Shown here: one piece after another, positions 39,163-50,973 of the stretch | Numbering within the stretch: the first letter of the stretch is position 1 | Layout: the number at the start of each line of letters is the position of its first letter | NCBI GenBank assembly: GCA_003240625.1 | Contig: QFMX01000007.1 | Span: 84,623 to 148,622 of the forward strand | From: Sphingomonas taxi | GTDB lineage: Bacteria > Pseudomonadota > Alphaproteobacteria > Sphingomonadales > Sphingomonadaceae | Length of the DNA: 64,000 nucleotides | Reading direction: 5' to 3' | Translations under genes and position numbers: made by a program | Notes under the pieces: generated by a model | Databases searched by the model: none | What the model was told of the DNA's origin: nothing | Seen by the model: the letters and a program-made list of their open reading frames with translations, nothing else

Positions 39163-39379
39163 GATCCCTCTCCTTCGCGTCGGCTATGCGCCTGAGCTGT
39201 CGCGGAACTATGTCACCGCCGCAGTTCACCGCATCGTCAGGTCGCTACGTCGTTGCAGCGCACGCAAGCGTGATCGCCAGCTTTGCAATTGCGGCTTATG
39301 CTGCACCGCAATAATTATCCGTCTCGAGAGTTGGGAGAAGACCTGATCCGGCTCGACGCACAACGCGGGAGACACGATC

Positions 39380-39673
39380 ATGCGCAATAGTTTCAAGATC
39401 ATCGCAGCAGCAGCAGCCGCCCTCACCTCGACGATCGGCATGGCCGCAGAGTCCAAGCAGAGCTTCGTCCATGAGGGCAGCACCTATGTCTACACCTCGA
39501 CCCAGGACGGTAGCCGCCAGGTCATCGACGGCCGTCGCTACCCGTCGGGCCAGAAATTCCACCTGATCGTCCGCGGCGATCGCGTATCGGGTGTGTCGGG
39601 CGGCGTCCCGGTCGCGTTCAAGACCGCCGAAGCTAATGGCGCTGCCGGCGGCATCGCCTCGGTCACGCGCTAA
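39380..39673 (+). CDS. Small secreted hypothetical protein
   Basis: SD GGGAGA, signal peptide, beta-rich 97 aa. Followed by a terminator hairpin. Confidence 0.8.
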   Translation: MRNSFKIIAAAAAALTSTIGMAAESKQSFVHEGSTYVYTSTQDGSRQVIDGRRYPSGQKFHLIVRGDRVSGVSGGVPVAFKTAEANGAAGGIASVTR

Positions 39674-39698
39674 ACGTCGCTAACATCGACGACGACAT

Positions 39699-39733
39699 AA
39701 TCGGCGGTCGGACCAAGGTCCGGCCGCCGATTT
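39699..39733 (+). terminator. Intrinsic terminator
   Basis: AATCGGCGGTCGGAC/GTCCGGCCGCCGATT stem. Confidence 0.65.
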
Positions 39734-39755
39734 GCGTTGGAGCCGCGTCTGTTAC

Positions 39756-39882
39756 GATCCTCCCCCGCCAGGGGGAGGTGGCTGGCACTTGCCAGACGGA
39801 GGGGGAGGTAAGCGCCAACATCCGTTGCGCGTCCTCCCCCTCCGTCACCTTCGGCGCCACCTCCCCCTGGCGGGGGAGGATC
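39756..39882. repeat. Palindromic miniature element (family B)
   Basis: GATCCTCCCCCGCCAGGGGGAGGTGGC...GCCACCTCCCCCTGGCGGGGGAGGATC. Confidence 0.88.
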
Positions 39883-39888
39883 AGTCGC

Positions 39889-41055
39889 TCAGAATCCCTC
39901 GGGCAGATCGATCGGGCCGACCAGTTCGCGGTAGCGCGACACCGCATACCTATCCGTCATCCCCGCAATGAAATCCGCGATATGCCGGCTGCGGTCGGGA
40001 TCCTCCGACGGCAGCCGCTCGCGCCATTCCTCGGGTATCGTCGCGGGATCGTCGCGATAGACCGCGAACAGCCCGGACACGATGCCATGTGCTGCATCCG
40101 CCGCCGCCAACTGGCGCGGGTGATGATACAGATTGGCATACATGAAGCGCTTGAGGTCACGCTCAGCCTCCCGCATCTCGCCCGAGAACCCGACCAGGCA
40201 CTGCCCGGCGGCACGGACGTCGTCGACACTCGCAACGCCGCTCGCCGCGATCCGTTGACGGGTTTCGGCGATCAGATCGTTCACCATCGTGCCGATCTGC
40301 GTGCGGACGAGTTCGCCGACCAACCGTTTCGGCGCAACGTCCGGGAACCGCCGGCGGACGTCGTCCCAGCCGCTCGCGACCAGCGGCACCGCCAGCATCT
40401 GGTCGAGCGTCAACAGTCCGGCGCGCAAGCCATCGTCGATGTCGTGATTGTCGTACGCGATATCGTCCGCAATCGCCGCGACCTGTGCCTCCAGCGACGA
40501 AAAACTGGTCAGCGCGAGCGGAAACTCCGCATCCGCCGCGGCCAGCGCCCAACCCGGATGCCGCACCGGCCCGTTATGCTTGGCCAGCCCCTCCAGGGTC
40601 TCCCAGGTCAGGTTGAGCCCGTTCCACATCGGATACGGCCGCTCGATCGTCATCAGCGTGCGCAGCGTATGACCATTGTGGTCGAACCCACCCTGTCCGG
40701 TCAGTGCCGCCCTCAGGGCATCCTCGCCGGCATGGCCGAACGGCGGATGGCCGATGTCGTGCGCCAGACACAAGGCCTCCGTCAAATCCTCGTTCAGCGC
40801 CAGCGCCCGCGCGATCGTCCGTCCGATCTGCGCGACTTCCAGGCTATGCGTCAGGCGTACCCGGAAATGGTCGCCGTCCGGCGCCATGAACACCTGCGTC
40901 TTGTGTCGCAGGCGACGGAAGCTGATCGAGTGGATGATCCGGTCTCGGTCGCGCTGAAAGGCATCGCGAGGGCCCCGGACGGACCCGTTCTGTTCCTCTT
41001 GAAGCCGTCCTTTGCTGCGCGCCGGGTCCGAAGCCCAGGGCGCGCGGTAACTCAC
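39889..41055 (-). CDS. dgt: Deoxyguanosinetriphosphate triphosphohydrolase
   Basis: [29 protein letters not shown] and DFIAGMTD motifs. GTG overlaps the upstream stop. Confidence 0.93.
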   Translation of the reverse strand: MSYRAPWASDPARSKGRLQEEQNGSVRGPRDAFQRDRDRIIHSISFRRLRHKTQVFMAPDGDHFRVRLTHSLEVAQIGRTIARALALNEDLTEALCLAHDIGHPPFGHAGEDALRAALTGQGGFDHNGHTLRTLMTIERPYPMWNGLNLTWETLEGLAKHNGPVRHPGWALAAADAEFPLALTSFSSLEAQVAAIADDIAYDNHDIDDGLRAGLLTLDQMLAVPLVASGWDDVRRRFPDVAPKRLVGELVRTQIGTMVNDLIAETRQRIAASGVASVDDVRAAGQCLVGFSGEMREAERDLKRFMYANLYHHPRQLAAADAAHGIVSGLFAVYRDDPATIPEEWRERLPSEDPDRSRHIADFIAGMTDRYAVSRYRELVGPIDLPEGF

Positions 41056-43262
41056 TTCGCAGGGAGCTTCGTGATGACCTGGCCAGGTTCGCTGGTGAAG
41101 CTGAACGTCGAAACGCCTTCCTTGGCGAGCTGATTGACGAAGGTACGCGCCTCCGCGTCGGTCTTGAACGGCCCGGCCAGCACGCGATTCGTCGCCTTCC
41201 ACGGAGTCGTCCAGCCGCTGCGACTGCCGACCACGGCCGGCGCCTTGGCCTTCACACCCTTCCACGCCTTGGGCAGATCACCCTCGGTCGCGCCGGTCGA
41301 CACCTGCACCCAGATGCGTTCGGGATTGGCGCGCGCGATCCGCTTTTCCTCGGCCGCCGCCTTGTCGGCAGCAAGCTTCTCGGCGGCGGCCGCCTTCTTC
41401 TCGGCGAGCGCCTTCTTGTCGGCGATGGCTTTACGCGCCGCCGCCTTCTTGTCGAGCGTGGCCTTCTTGTCGGCAGCGATTTGCTCGGCCGCGATCTTCT
41501 TTGCCGCCGCATCGCGCTGGAGCTTGGCTTTCGCCTCGGCGAGCACGCGCTCGGCGTCGTCGGAGACCGGCACTGCGGCCTGAGTCACGACAGGCGCGGG
41601 ACGCATCGGCGCGACATCGAGCTCTGACGCCGGGATCGACAACCCGGCAACGATCCGCGCGAGGATCGAATCCTCACTCGCCGCCACTGCGCGCGGTGGC
41701 AACGCCGCGGCAACCTCGACCGGCGTCGTAGTCGTCGTCGCTCCATTTGCGGAGAAGCCGGGGGTCGGCAGCGGTGCTGCACTCGCCTGCTGAACCGGCG
41801 GTGGCTGGACCGAAGCCTGCTGCACCGGCGCCGGTGTCACGGGCTGCGACTGGACCGAGGCCTGTTGCACCGGGGCCGGTGTCACGGCGCTGGGCGCTAC
41901 CGGCTTGGCCGTCGTACCCGTCGACGCGACAGCCGCGGCCGCGATCGAATTGGCCACGCGCGTGTTGCTTTCGGACTGAATCCGCCCCGCGGGCACGGCC
42001 GCCATCTGCGTGACGGTGGTCGCGGGCAGCGCCCCTGTCGAAGTCGGCGTCGAGGTGGCCGCCGGCGTCGGTGTTGGCGCGACACGTGCCACTGCGACCG
42101 GTGCCTGTGTCTGCGGCGCGACGGTGGTGGTCTGCGCGACTTGCGGTGCACGATAGGTCGGCTGCGGTGTCGCGACACGCGCCGCTGTCGATTGCGCAGG
42201 CACCGCCTGCACCATCGGGACCGACGACGACGCGAGCTGAACCGGCGATGCGACCGCAGCGGGAATAGTCGGAGCGGGGGTGGTCGGGGTAGGCGTCGCG
42301 ACAACCGGGACCGGCGTTGTGACGCGCGTCGTCGCGGCCATCTCGGTCCGGCCCGGCTTGCTGCGACGGCCACGCTTGCTCTTGCCGGACGCGGCGACGA
42401 CGACCGGTTGCGGCACCGCAGCCATCATCACCGGCGCGCTCGGATCGGCGGCGAGGATGCCTAGCGGCGGCGCCATCCGCGCATCCGCCAGGCGCGCCGG
42501 CGTCGCATGGACCTCACCGAAATGCACCGCGAACGCACGGTCGCTCGCCGGCAGGGTCGGCAGTCGCTGGAAGAACGGTTGCAGACCCTGCGCGGTGCCG
42601 GCGGGCATCATCGTGGTCGCGATCTTCTCGGCACCCGCGACGTCGCCGTTCATCGCGATGATGAACGCGCGCGAGCGCCATGCACCGCGATCGCTCTTGA
42701 GCAGCAGAGGATTGAGCTGCTGGATCGCGAGTTCCGGCTTCCCCGAAATGCCCAGCGACAGCGCATAGCGTCTGATCGTCTCGTCATCCGGCGCATTGCG
42801 GAGCGCGACCCGGTAATCGCGCTGCGCACGATCCTGCTGGCCGATCAGATCGTAGGCGAGCCCGCGATCCGCCGCGAAATTCCGCGGGTCGAGACCGAGG
42901 CTTTCCGCCTGCGCATAATAGCGCAGCGCCTCGCCCGGCCGCTCCGAGCGGACCAGGATCGACCCCATCCCCGCCTTGATCCGACCGTCGCGCGGGTTCA
43001 CTTTCTCGGCGCGTGCGAACAACGCCGCGGCGCCGCTCAGATCGCCCAGCCCCATCGAAAGGTCGCCCGCCCGGATCAGCGCATCGACGTCGCGCGGATT
43101 GCTCGCGACCCGGCGCATCAGATCGCCCAGCTTGTCCGCATCGGTCGTCCCAGGGATCGCCTGCACGACTTCCTGCGCGACGACCGCGCACGGCACGGCG
43201 GCCAGCACGAGCGCCAGCGCGGCAGTGAGGAGATGATGCGAGGATCGGGTCATGAGGATCAT
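41052..43262 (-). CDS. TPR-like repeat and SPOR domain exported protein
   Basis: Signal peptide, TPR-like helices ([10 protein letters not shown]), long P/T/A/Q linker, AKK-rich coil, C-terminal WVQV...RVLAGPF. Start is 43262 or 43253. Confidence 0.8.
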   Translation of the reverse strand: MILMTRSSHHLLTAALALVLAAVPCAVVAQEVVQAIPGTTDADKLGDLMRRVASNPRDVDALIRAGDLSMGLGDLSGAAALFARAEKVNPRDGRIKAGMGSILVRSERPGEALRYYAQAESLGLDPRNFAADRGLAYDLIGQQDRAQRDYRVALRNAPDDETIRRYALSLGISGKPELAIQQLNPLLLKSDRGAWRSRAFIIAMNGDVAGAEKIATTMMPAGTAQGLQPFFQRLPTLPASDRAFAVHFGEVHATPARLADARMAPPLGILAADPSAPVMMAAVPQPVVVAASGKSKRGRRSKPGRTEMAATTRVTTPVPVVATPTPTTPAPTIPAAVASPVQLASSSVPMVQAVPAQSTAARVATPQPTYRAPQVAQTTTVAPQTQAPVAVARVAPTPTPAATSTPTSTGALPATTVTQMAAVPAGRIQSESNTRVANSIAAAAVASTGTTAKPVAPSAVTPAPVQQASVQSQPVTPAPVQQASVQPPPVQQASAAPLPTPGFSANGATTTTTPVEVAAALPPRAVAASEDSILARIVAGLSIPASELDVAPMRPAPVVTQAAVPVSDDAERVLAEAKAKLQRDAAAKKIAAEQIAADKKATLDKKAAARKAIADKKALAEKKAAAAEKLAADKAAAEEKRIARANPERIWVQVSTGATEGDLPKAWKGVKAKAPAVVGSRSGWTTPWKATNRVLAGPFKTDAEARTFVNQLAKEGVSTFSFTSEPGQVITKLPAK

Positions 43263-43431
43263 CTGTCTAGACGCTAGCCGAACCGAACCGGCAATGTCTC
43301 CGACGCATGGGCGCGGCGAACTGGGGCGGGGTGGCGACGAGTGCAGCACCGAGGAGCAAGCAACGAGCGACGATTACGATCTGCGGATTCGACATATGCG
43401 ATCTTGGAAAGGCGCTCACTCTGAAATGCCG

Positions 43432-43534
43432 CCTCCCCGGCGAAGGCTGGGTCCAGTTGGGAGGCGGAAATACCGATCGAAAGCGTTCCGTTACATCAAC
43501 CTCGCCAACTGGGCCCCGGCCTCCGCCGGGGAGG
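43432..43534. repeat. REP-like palindromic doublet (family C)
   Basis: CCTCCCCGGCGAAGGCTGGGTCCAGTTGG...CCAACTGGGCCCCGGCCTCCGCCGGGGAGG. Confidence 0.85.
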
Positions 43535-43617
43535 TGCAGATGCTGGAGAACGATACCCCCGACCAATCCATCTCGCCCCGCCGTTCTCCCGCCAGACCGA
43601 GAGAACGGCGCGCAGGC

Positions 43618-45207
43618 TTACTGGTTGTTCTGGCGATGCAGGAAGCGCGGGATGTCGAGCGGATCCTGCGGGGTCGCTTCGCCGTCTTCCTTCGCCGCGC
43701 CGCGGGCCGCGTTGGACATGCGCTCGAACAGCGTACCACCCAGCTTCACGCGCGGTGCGGCCGGAACTGTCTCCGGAGCCGCTTCGGCACCCGGCGCGAG
43801 CCAGCGGCGCCGCGCGCCACCCTCGTCCGCAGCGGGCGTCGGTGCCGGGATGGCGGGTGCGATCGGCGCACGGGCCGGCGGCACGGCCGATGCCGAGGTC
43901 GGACGTGCGATCGGACCGCGACCATAGGGCTCGTCGCCATAGGTGCGCGGTGCAGGAGCCGGCTGCGGCGCCGGTGCGGCCGGCGCGGGCGCGGTCAAAG
44001 GTGCTGCCTGCGGAACGATCGTCTCGGCACCGAGCACCAGCTCGTCGTCCGATTTCGACGAAGACGGCTCGACTTCCGACGATGCGTTCAGGTCGAGCGG
44101 CTCTTCGTCAGCGGACGACGCGACGGGTGCAGCCGACGATGCGGCAGGCTCGCTCGGACGGAACGAGGTGTTTTCGTCGGTCTTGCGCGACCCGAAGCTG
44201 AACGAACGCGTCGGCTCGGGCGCAACCTCGGGCGGGCGCGCATCGGCGTCGATCCCGGTCGCGACCACCGAGACGCGGATCTTGCCCTCCAGCTCCTGGT
44301 TGAACGCCGAACCCCAGATGATGTTCGCATCGGGATCGACCAGGTCGCGGATGTGATTCGCGGCTTCGTCGACTTCGAGCAGGCGCATGTCGTCGCCGCC
44401 GGTGATCGAGATGATGACGCCCTTCGCGCCGCGCATGCTGACGCCTTCGAGCAGCGGGTTCGAGATCGCCTTCTGTGCAGCCTCGAGCGCACGGTTGTCG
44501 CCGCTCGCCTCGCCGGTGCCCATCATCGCCTTGCCCATCTCCTGCATCACCGAGCGGACGTCGGCGAAATCGAGGTTGATGAGGCCCGGCATCACCATCA
44601 GGTCGGTGATGCTGCGGACACCCTGCTGGAGCACCTCGTCCGCCATCGTGAACGCTTCCTTGAAGGTCGTGTTCGCGTTGGCGATGAGGAACAGATTCTG
44701 GTTCGGGATAACGATCAGCGTGTCGACATACTTCTGGAGCTCGTCGATACCGCCCTCGGCCGACTTCGCGCGACGGTTGCCCTCGAACGCGAACGGCTTG
44801 GTCACGACGCCGACCGTCAGGATGCCCATGTCGCGCGCCGCCTTGGCGATGACCGGTGCCGCGCCCGTGCCCGTGCCGCCGCCCATGCCGGCGGTGATGA
44901 AGCACATGTGTGCGCCTTCGAGCATCTTGGCGAGCTGGTCAATCGTCTCCTCGGCCGCCGCGCGACCGATCTCGGGACGCGAGCCCGCGCCCAACCCTTG
45001 CGTGATCTTGGTACCCAGCTGGATCCGCTGCGGTGCGGTCGACTGCTTCAACGCCTGCGCGTCGGTGTTCGCCACGAGGAAGTCGACGCCCTGGACGTCG
45101 GCCCGCATCATGTTGGCGATCGCGTTGCCGCCCGCGCCGCCGACGCCGATCACCGCGATGCGGGGGGCCAGATCGTCCACTTCGGGACTAAGGAATTCGA
45201 TGCTCAT
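43618..45207 (-). CDS. ftsZ: Cell division protein FtsZ
   Basis: [22 protein letters not shown] and C-terminal LDIPRFL. Confidence 0.97.
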   Translation of the reverse strand: MSIEFLSPEVDDLAPRIAVIGVGGAGGNAIANMMRADVQGVDFLVANTDAQALKQSTAPQRIQLGTKITQGLGAGSRPEIGRAAAEETIDQLAKMLEGAHMCFITAGMGGGTGTGAAPVIAKAARDMGILTVGVVTKPFAFEGNRRAKSAEGGIDELQKYVDTLIVIPNQNLFLIANANTTFKEAFTMADEVLQQGVRSITDLMVMPGLINLDFADVRSVMQEMGKAMMGTGEASGDNRALEAAQKAISNPLLEGVSMRGAKGVIISITGGDDMRLLEVDEAANHIRDLVDPDANIIWGSAFNQELEGKIRVSVVATGIDADARPPEVAPEPTRSFSFGSRKTDENTSFRPSEPAASSAAPVASSADEEPLDLNASSEVEPSSSKSDDELVLGAETIVPQAAPLTAPAPAAPAPQPAPAPRTYGDEPYGRGPIARPTSASAVPPARAPIAPAIPAPTPAADEGGARRRWLAPGAEAAPETVPAAPRVKLGGTLFERMSNAARGAAKEDGEATPQDPLDIPRFLHRQNNQ

Positions 45208-45320
45208 CGCCGTTCTCCGCACAACCCGGTAGATACGCTACGGCCGGGCCCCTGATTAATCTGTGTGCACCAACGCCACGGCCTGTTCCAGCCGAAATAA
45301 CGCCAGCGCCCTCGAAACTC

Positions 45321-46583
45321 TTAATAATTCGCGCGTGCCGCCTGAATCAACTTGCGGACCATGCCCATTCCCTTTGGCCGGTGCACCGTCGTCCGCTGCG
45401 GCGCGAGCCCGCGAAGGTCGATCGGGTTGGTCGCCGCATAGAAGGCCAACCCCGCTAGCGTCGCGAACGCCGGTCCGCCATGCGCTTCCGGCAGCGCGGT
45501 CAGCCCGCGCGGTCGACCGATCCGCACCGACCGCCCGAGCGCCTGTTGCGCATAGTCGGCGATGCCCTTCAGCTCGGCACCACCGCCGGTCAGCACGACC
45601 TGACGCCCGACCGGCCCCTCGAACTTCAACTTGGTGAGCGCGTTGCGCACTTCGCCCATCTGGTGTTCGAGCCGCTGGCGGATCACGCCGATCAGTTGCG
45701 CCTTGGTGATCTGCGCGCCTTCGCCCGCGCCGTCCTCGGCGGAGATCGGCATGACCGGGATCATGTCGTGATTATCGCGGGGGCTGGCGTTGGCCGAGCC
45801 GTGGAAGCACTTCATCCGCTCGGCATTCTGCCGCCGCGTGCCGAACGCGCTGGCGATGTCGTCGGTGATGTCCTGCGCGCCGATCGGGATCGAGGTCAGG
45901 CCGACGAGCATGCCCCCTGCGAACAGCGACACGTTGGTGATCCCCGCCCCCATCTCGACCAGCGCGACGCCAAGCTCGCGCTCCTCGTCGCTGAGGCAGG
46001 CCAAGCCCGTCGCGACCGGCGAGGCGATGATCGACTTCACCTCCAGATGCGCCGACCGCACGCACAGATCGAGATTGCGCACCGGCGAACCGTCCGCCGC
46101 AACGACGTGGATATGCACGCCGAGCCGATCCGCATGCAGACCGAGCGGCGTCTTCACCCCCGTAAGCCCGTCGAGCGTATAGAGCGCCGGCTGGGCGTGC
46201 AGCACCATGCGGCCCTGCGGATCGATCGAGTTGCGCCCCGCGGCGAGCAACGCGTCGATATCCTGCTGCTCGACGCGGTGGCCGCCCAGTTCGAACTCGA
46301 CCTCGGCGACATCGGACACGAGACCGCCCGCCGAAAAGCCGACCCAGACATTCTCGATGTTGATCCCCGCGATCCGCTCGGCCTGCTCGACCGCCTCGCG
46401 GACCGCCGCCTCGGTCGTCGCCATGTCGGCGATATAGCCGCGCTTGACGCCGCGGCTTTCGCGCTGGCCGGTGCCAAGCACGATCAGCTCGCCGCCGTCC
46501 CCCTTCTGCGCGATCATCGCCGAAACCTTCGACGACCCGATATCGAGCGCCGTGATCAGCCCTTCCGGTGCCACCTTTGCCAT
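45321..46583 (-). CDS. ftsA: Cell division protein FtsA
   Basis: LDIGSSK and VLTGGGA motifs. dcw position. Confidence 0.96.
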   Translation of the reverse strand: MAKVAPEGLITALDIGSSKVSAMIAQKGDGGELIVLGTGQRESRGVKRGYIADMATTEAAVREAVEQAERIAGINIENVWVGFSAGGLVSDVAEVEFELGGHRVEQQDIDALLAAGRNSIDPQGRMVLHAQPALYTLDGLTGVKTPLGLHADRLGVHIHVVAADGSPVRNLDLCVRSAHLEVKSIIASPVATGLACLSDEERELGVALVEMGAGITNVSLFAGGMLVGLTSIPIGAQDITDDIASAFGTRRQNAERMKCFHGSANASPRDNHDMIPVMPISAEDGAGEGAQITKAQLIGVIRQRLEHQMGEVRNALTKLKFEGPVGRQVVLTGGGAELKGIADYAQQALGRSVRIGRPRGLTALPEAHGGPAFATLAGLAFYAATNPIDLRGLAPQRTTVHRPKGMGMVRKLIQAARANY

Positions 46584-46584
46584 G

Positions 46585-47559
46585 TCATCCCTCCCCGCCC
46601 GTTACGTTCGCGCCCGCCGTTTGCGACGGGGTATTCGTGGTCTCGCCCGTTTCCGGCACGCTGGCCCCCACACTGGCAGGGGCCGGCACGTCGACGCTGT
46701 GCGCCAGGCTCGCGCCCGGCTTGCGCGCGACCAGCTTGGTCGGATCACGCATGTCGAACCGGATCCAGCCGCGCCCGAGCAACGGCCGCGCGCCGTCCAG
46801 TTCGGCGAACTTCACAAGCGCTCGGGGCGCTCCGTCCTCGGGTAGCGCCAACGTCTCGCCGCTCTCGAACGTCAGGTCCCAGCGCCGGTTGCCCACCCAG
46901 GTCGCCGCCTTCACGCGCGGCTTCAGCGCGGGCGCGGCGGCGAGGAGCGTCTGGTACGACGCCTCCTGCCGATCCGCGCCCGGCCCGATGACCAGCGGGA
47001 GGTTCGGGATCGCATCCGGCTGCACCGGCTCCAGCAGCACGCCCGACGAATCGATCAGCGTCAGTTGGCCGTTGTCCTGCCACACCGCCGCGGGCGTCCG
47101 CTCGACGATATCGACGAGCAACGTGTTGGGCAGCCGCCGCGACACGTGTGCGTCCGCGATCCAGCCATAGCGCAACAGCTTTTGGCGCACCGCCTCCAGG
47201 TCGACCGACAGCATCGACGTCTGGTTCTGCTTGTCCTCCAACGCGACCGCGTAGACCGACATCCGGTCCATCCGCTTGAGGCCGGTCACCTCGATCTGCT
47301 CGACCTTGAAGCCCGCGCGCCCGGCCCCTTCGGCCAGCGCGGCGCCGATCATCCCGGGGATACCGACCCACGTCGCCGCCGCGATCGCCACCGCGCCCCC
47401 AGCGCCGAGAATCGACCAGGTCGCAATTTTCTTGAGCGTCTCCTCGCTGACCGGGAGCATCCCGACCAGCCGGTCCATCACCGACACCTTCTTGACCGCG
47501 ACTTTACGCCGCGGGGCGGGCCGCTTGGGGGGTGGACCGCGCTTTATCGTGCGGCTCAT
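46585..47559 (-). CDS. ftsQ: Cell division protein FtsQ
   Basis: TM plus POTRA (WIADAHVSRRLP), RRWDL and DMRDP. Confidence 0.93.
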   Translation of the reverse strand: MSRTIKRGPPPKRPAPRRKVAVKKVSVMDRLVGMLPVSEETLKKIATWSILGAGGAVAIAAATWVGIPGMIGAALAEGAGRAGFKVEQIEVTGLKRMDRMSVYAVALEDKQNQTSMLSVDLEAVRQKLLRYGWIADAHVSRRLPNTLLVDIVERTPAAVWQDNGQLTLIDSSGVLLEPVQPDAIPNLPLVIGPGADRQEASYQTLLAAAPALKPRVKAATWVGNRRWDLTFESGETLALPEDGAPRALVKFAELDGARPLLGRGWIRFDMRDPTKLVARKPGASLAHSVDVPAPASVGASVPETGETTNTPSQTAGANVTGGEG

Positions 47560-48509
47560 GGCGCCCCGCTTTGCGCAAGCGGATGATCCGCCAGCGCCTC
47601 GTCGACGATCGCCTGCACCAGTTCGGCATAGCTCATGCCGATATGCCGCGCCTGCTCCGGTACGAGGCTCAAAGGCGTCATCCCCGGCTGCGTGTTCACC
47701 TCCAGCAGGAACAGACCGTCGACACCACGCTCGTCATCCCAGCGGAAATCCGACCGCGACGCGCCCTTGCAGCCGAGCAACCGGTGCGCTTCGAGCGCAA
47801 GGCTCTTGCAGGCGTCGGTGATCTCGTCGGGGATTTCCGCGGGGCAGACGTGGACCGTCATGCCGTCGGTGTATTTCGCGTCGTAGTCATACCAGCCGCT
47901 CTTGGGCTTCAGCTCGGTCACGGCGAGCGCCTTGCCGCCGAGCACCGCGGTCGTCAGCTCGCGCCCACGGATATACGGCTCGGCGAGCAATTCCTCGAAC
48001 TCGCCCCACGGTCCGACGCTGTCGCGCGCGATCGGATTGCCGTAATTGCCGCTGTCGGTAACGATCGCCACCCCGACCGAGGATCCCTCGTTGACCGGCT
48101 TCAGCACATACGGCCGCGCCATCGGATCGCTCTCGAACAGGTCCGCCGACTTGACGATCCGCCCACCCGGCATGGGCACTCCCGCCGGGACGAGCAGCAG
48201 CTTGGTAAGCACCTTGTCGATCGCGATCACGGAAGTCGCAAGACCGGAGTGCGTGTAGCGCAGACCCATCAGGTCGAGCAGCCCTTGCACAGACCCATCC
48301 TCGCCAGGCGTCCCATGCAGTGCATTGAACACAAGGTCGGGATCCGCCTCGGCCAGCTTGGCAGCGACATCCCGCCCCATATCGATCCGCGTAACCCGGT
48401 GCCCGAGCGACTCCAGCGCGTCGGCACAGCCATTGCCCGACATCAGCGAAACCTCACGCTCCGCCGACCAGCCGCCCATGAGAACCGCGATGTGAAGAGG
48501 ACCGCTCAC
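47556..48509 (-). CDS. ddl: D-alanine--D-alanine ligase
   Basis: GGWSAEREVSLMSG, ALHGTPGEDG, GSSVG and EVNTQPGMT motifs. Confidence 0.96.
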   Translation of the reverse strand: MSGPLHIAVLMGGWSAEREVSLMSGNGCADALESLGHRVTRIDMGRDVAAKLAEADPDLVFNALHGTPGEDGSVQGLLDLMGLRYTHSGLATSVIAIDKVLTKLLLVPAGVPMPGGRIVKSADLFESDPMARPYVLKPVNEGSSVGVAIVTDSGNYGNPIARDSVGPWGEFEELLAEPYIRGRELTTAVLGGKALAVTELKPKSGWYDYDAKYTDGMTVHVCPAEIPDEITDACKSLALEAHRLLGCKGASRSDFRWDDERGVDGLFLLEVNTQPGMTPLSLVPEQARHIGMSYAELVQAIVDEALADHPLAQSGAP

Positions 48510-49546
48510 TGCTCCCCTCCCGCCTGCGGGAGGGGTCGGGGGAGGGGTTGATGCGAGATGCCGGTATCCAGACCGCCCTCCCCCGACCCCTCCCGCAAGC
48601 GGGAGGGGAGGTACTCACCAACCCGCTGGATTTCCCATTCCAACGTCACCCCCGAATGCGCTTTCACTCTGTCCCGTACCTCTTCACCCAGCGCCTCGAT
48701 CTCCGCGCTGGACGCGGACCCGAGGTTCAGCAGGAAATTGCAATGCTTCTCGCTGACCTGCGCGTCGCCGCGAGTCAGCCCGCGGCACCCCGCCGCGTCG
48801 ATCAAAGCCCAAGCCTTATGCCCCTCGGGGTTCTTGAACGTAGACCCACCGGTCCGCGACCGCAAAGGCTGCGAAGCCTCGCGCTCGGCTGCGATCCGGT
48901 CCATCTCTGCGCCGATCACGGCGGGCTCGCCGGGGGGGCCGGAAAACACCGCCTCGACCACCACCGCGCCAGCCGGCAAGTCCGAATGGCGATAGGTGAA
49001 ACCGAGCTTCGCGACGGGCCATATCTCGACCGAACCGTCCCGCGTAACCACGGTGGCCTCAACCAGAATGTCGCTAACGTCGCGGCCATAAGCACCCGCG
49101 TTCATCCGCACCGCGCCGCCAACAGTCCCCGGAATCCCGCGAAGAAACTCAAGCCCGGCAATTCCCGCATCGCGAGCAGCACTAGCAACGGTAATCCCCA
49201 TCGCCCCCGCCCCTGCGCGAACCCTGCCATCCTGCACCGAAACCTTCGCCATGGCCTTGGGCAGTCGCACCACGACCCCCGGCACACCACCGTCGCGCAC
49301 GATCAGGTTCGAGCCTACGCCGACCGGCAAAACGGGGGTTTCCGGATCGAGCGTCTTCAGCAGATCAGCGAGATCGTCAATATCGGCAGGTCGCACGAGC
49401 AATTCAGCAGGCCCACCGGTGCGAAACCAGATGAAATCGGCGAGCGAACCACCCGCCTCGACCTTACCTCTAATGTTCTCCCGCGAAGGCGGGAGCCCAG
49501 TCTGGGTCCCCGCCTTCGCGGGGAAACAAGCTGCCGCAGAACTCAC
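48506..49546 (-). CDS. murB: UDP-N-acetylmuramate dehydrogenase with repeat-derived N- and C-terminal segments
   Basis: [36 protein letters not shown] and LEWEI motifs. Confidence 0.95.
   Translation of the reverse strand: MSSAAACFPAKAGTQTGLPPSRENIRGKVEAGGSLADFIWFRTGGPAELLVRPADIDDLADLLKTLDPETPVLPVGVGSNLIVRDGGVPGVVVRLPKAMAKVSVQDGRVRAGAGAMGITVASAARDAGIAGLEFLRGIPGTVGGAVRMNAGAYGRDVSDILVEATVVTRDGSVEIWPVAKLGFTYRHSDLPAGAVVVEAVFSGPPGEPAVIGAEMDRIAAEREASQPLRSRTGGSTFKNPEGHKAWALIDAAGCRGLTRGDAQVSEKHCNFLLNLGSASSAEIEALGEEVRDRVKAHSGVTLEWEIQRVGEYLPSRLREGSGEGGLDTGISHQPLPRPLPQAGGEQ
48512..48610. mobile_element. Family A element forming the murB C-terminal extension
   Basis: CTCCCCTCCCGCCTGCGGGAGGGG...CCCCTCCCGCAAGCGGGAGGGGAG. 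Confidence 0.85.
49474..49528. mobile_element. Family C REP doublet in frame in the murB N-terminus
   Basis: TGTTCTCCCGCGAAGGCGGGAGCCCAG-T-CTGGGTCCCCGCCTTCGCGGGGAAACA. Translated as [18 protein letters not shown]. Confidence 0.82.
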
Positions 49547-50973
49547 GCCAGCACCTTCGCGCGTTCGGCCGCGATCGCATCAGCGAGGCCGGCCGCCCAT
49601 TTCGTGATGTCGCCCGCACCGAGGCAAACAACCATGTCATCCGCCTCGATCGTAGCCGCCAGCTCCACCGCCAGCGCATCCGCATCCGCAACCACACCCG
49701 CAAACCGGTGCCCGCGCCGCTTCAACCCCTCGACCAGAGCCGCCGCGTCGACACCCTCCACCGGCGCCTCGCCCGCCGCATAGACCGGCGTCACCAGCAC
49801 CCGGTCCGCGTCATTGAAAGCAGTCTGGAAGTCCTCCATCAGATTGCCGAGCCTCGAATAGCGGTGCGGCTGCACCACCGCGATAACGCGGCCCTTCACA
49901 CCCTCACGCGCCGCCGCCAGCACCGCGCGGATCTCGACCGGGTGATGCCCGTAATCATCGATGATCGTGACGCTCCCACCTTCGACGGCAACTTCGCCGA
50001 CGTTGGTGAAGCGCCGCTTCACGCCGCCGAACTTGGCGAACCCCTGCTGGATCGTCGCATCCGCGATGCCGAGTTCCAGCGCCACGCCGATCGCCGCCAG
50101 CGCGTTCTGCACATTGTGCCGCCCCGGCATCGGCAGCTCAATTCCCGCGATCGTCCGCGTCGCGCCGTCGCGCTCGCGCACCACGCAATCGAACCGGTTG
50201 CCGCCCGGGATCGGCGTGACCTCCACCCCGCGCACATCCGCCTGCGCCGAGAAACCATAGGTTACCACCCTACGATCGCGCACCCGCGGCAGGATCCCCT
50301 GCACCTCTGGATGATCGAGGCACAGCAACGCCGCACCATAGAAGGGCACGTTCTCGACGAACTCGACGAACGCATCCTTCACTGCATCGAACGAGCCGTA
50401 ATGATCGAGATGTTCGGGATCGATGTTGGTAACCACCGCGATCGTCCCGTCGAGCCGCAGGAAGCTGCCATCACTCTCGTCCGCCTCGACGACCATCCAG
50501 TCGCTCGCGCCCAGCCGCGCGTTCGACCCGTAGGAGTTGATGATCCCGCCGTTGATGACCGTCGGATCGACGCCGCCGGCATCAAGCAACGCCGCGACCA
50601 TCGACGTCGTCGTGGTCTTCCCATGCGTGCCGGCGATCGCGACCGTCGACTTCAACCGCATCAGTTCGGCCAGCATCTCCGCCCGCCGCACCACCGGCAC
50701 GCGCGCGTTGAGCGCCGCCTCGACCTCCGGGTTCGAGCGCACGATCGCGGTCGACACGACCACCACGGCGGCGTCGCCGATGTTCGACGCGGCATGGCCG
50801 ATCGCGACAGGAATGCCCTTGTCGCGCAACCCCTGGACGACATAGCCCTCGGCCACGTCCGACCCCTGCACGCGGTAGCCGAGGTTCTTCATCACCTCGG
50901 CGATGCCCGACATGCCGATCCCGCCGATCCCGACGAAGTGGATCGTGCCGATATCCGTTGCGACGCCCTTCAT
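49543..50973 (-). CDS. murC: UDP-N-acetylmuramate--L-alanine ligase
   Basis: [27 protein letters not shown] and DDYGHHP motifs. Confidence 0.96.
   Translation of the reverse strand: MKGVATDIGTIHFVGIGGIGMSGIAEVMKNLGYRVQGSDVAEGYVVQGLRDKGIPVAIGHAASNIGDAAVVVVSTAIVRSNPEVEAALNARVPVVRRAEMLAELMRLKSTVAIAGTHGKTTTTSMVAALLDAGGVDPTVINGGIINSYGSNARLGASDWMVVEADESDGSFLRLDGTIAVVTNIDPEHLDHYGSFDAVKDAFVEFVENVPFYGAALLCLDHPEVQGILPRVRDRRVVTYGFSAQADVRGVEVTPIPGGNRFDCVVRERDGATRTIAGIELPMPGRHNVQNALAAIGVALELGIADATIQQGFAKFGGVKRRFTNVGEVAVEGGSVTIIDDYGHHPVEIRAVLAAAREGVKGRVIAVVQPHRYSRLGNLMEDFQTAFNDADRVLVTPVYAAGEAPVEGVDAAALVEGLKRRGHRFAGVVADADALAVELAATIEADDMVVCLGAGDITKWAAGLADAIAAERAKVLA

Noticed and set aside
43267..43397. Short minus-strand ORF MSNPQIVIVARCLLLGAALVA with signal-like start
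   Set aside because: No convincing SD or recognisable family, so it cannot be supported from sequence alone.
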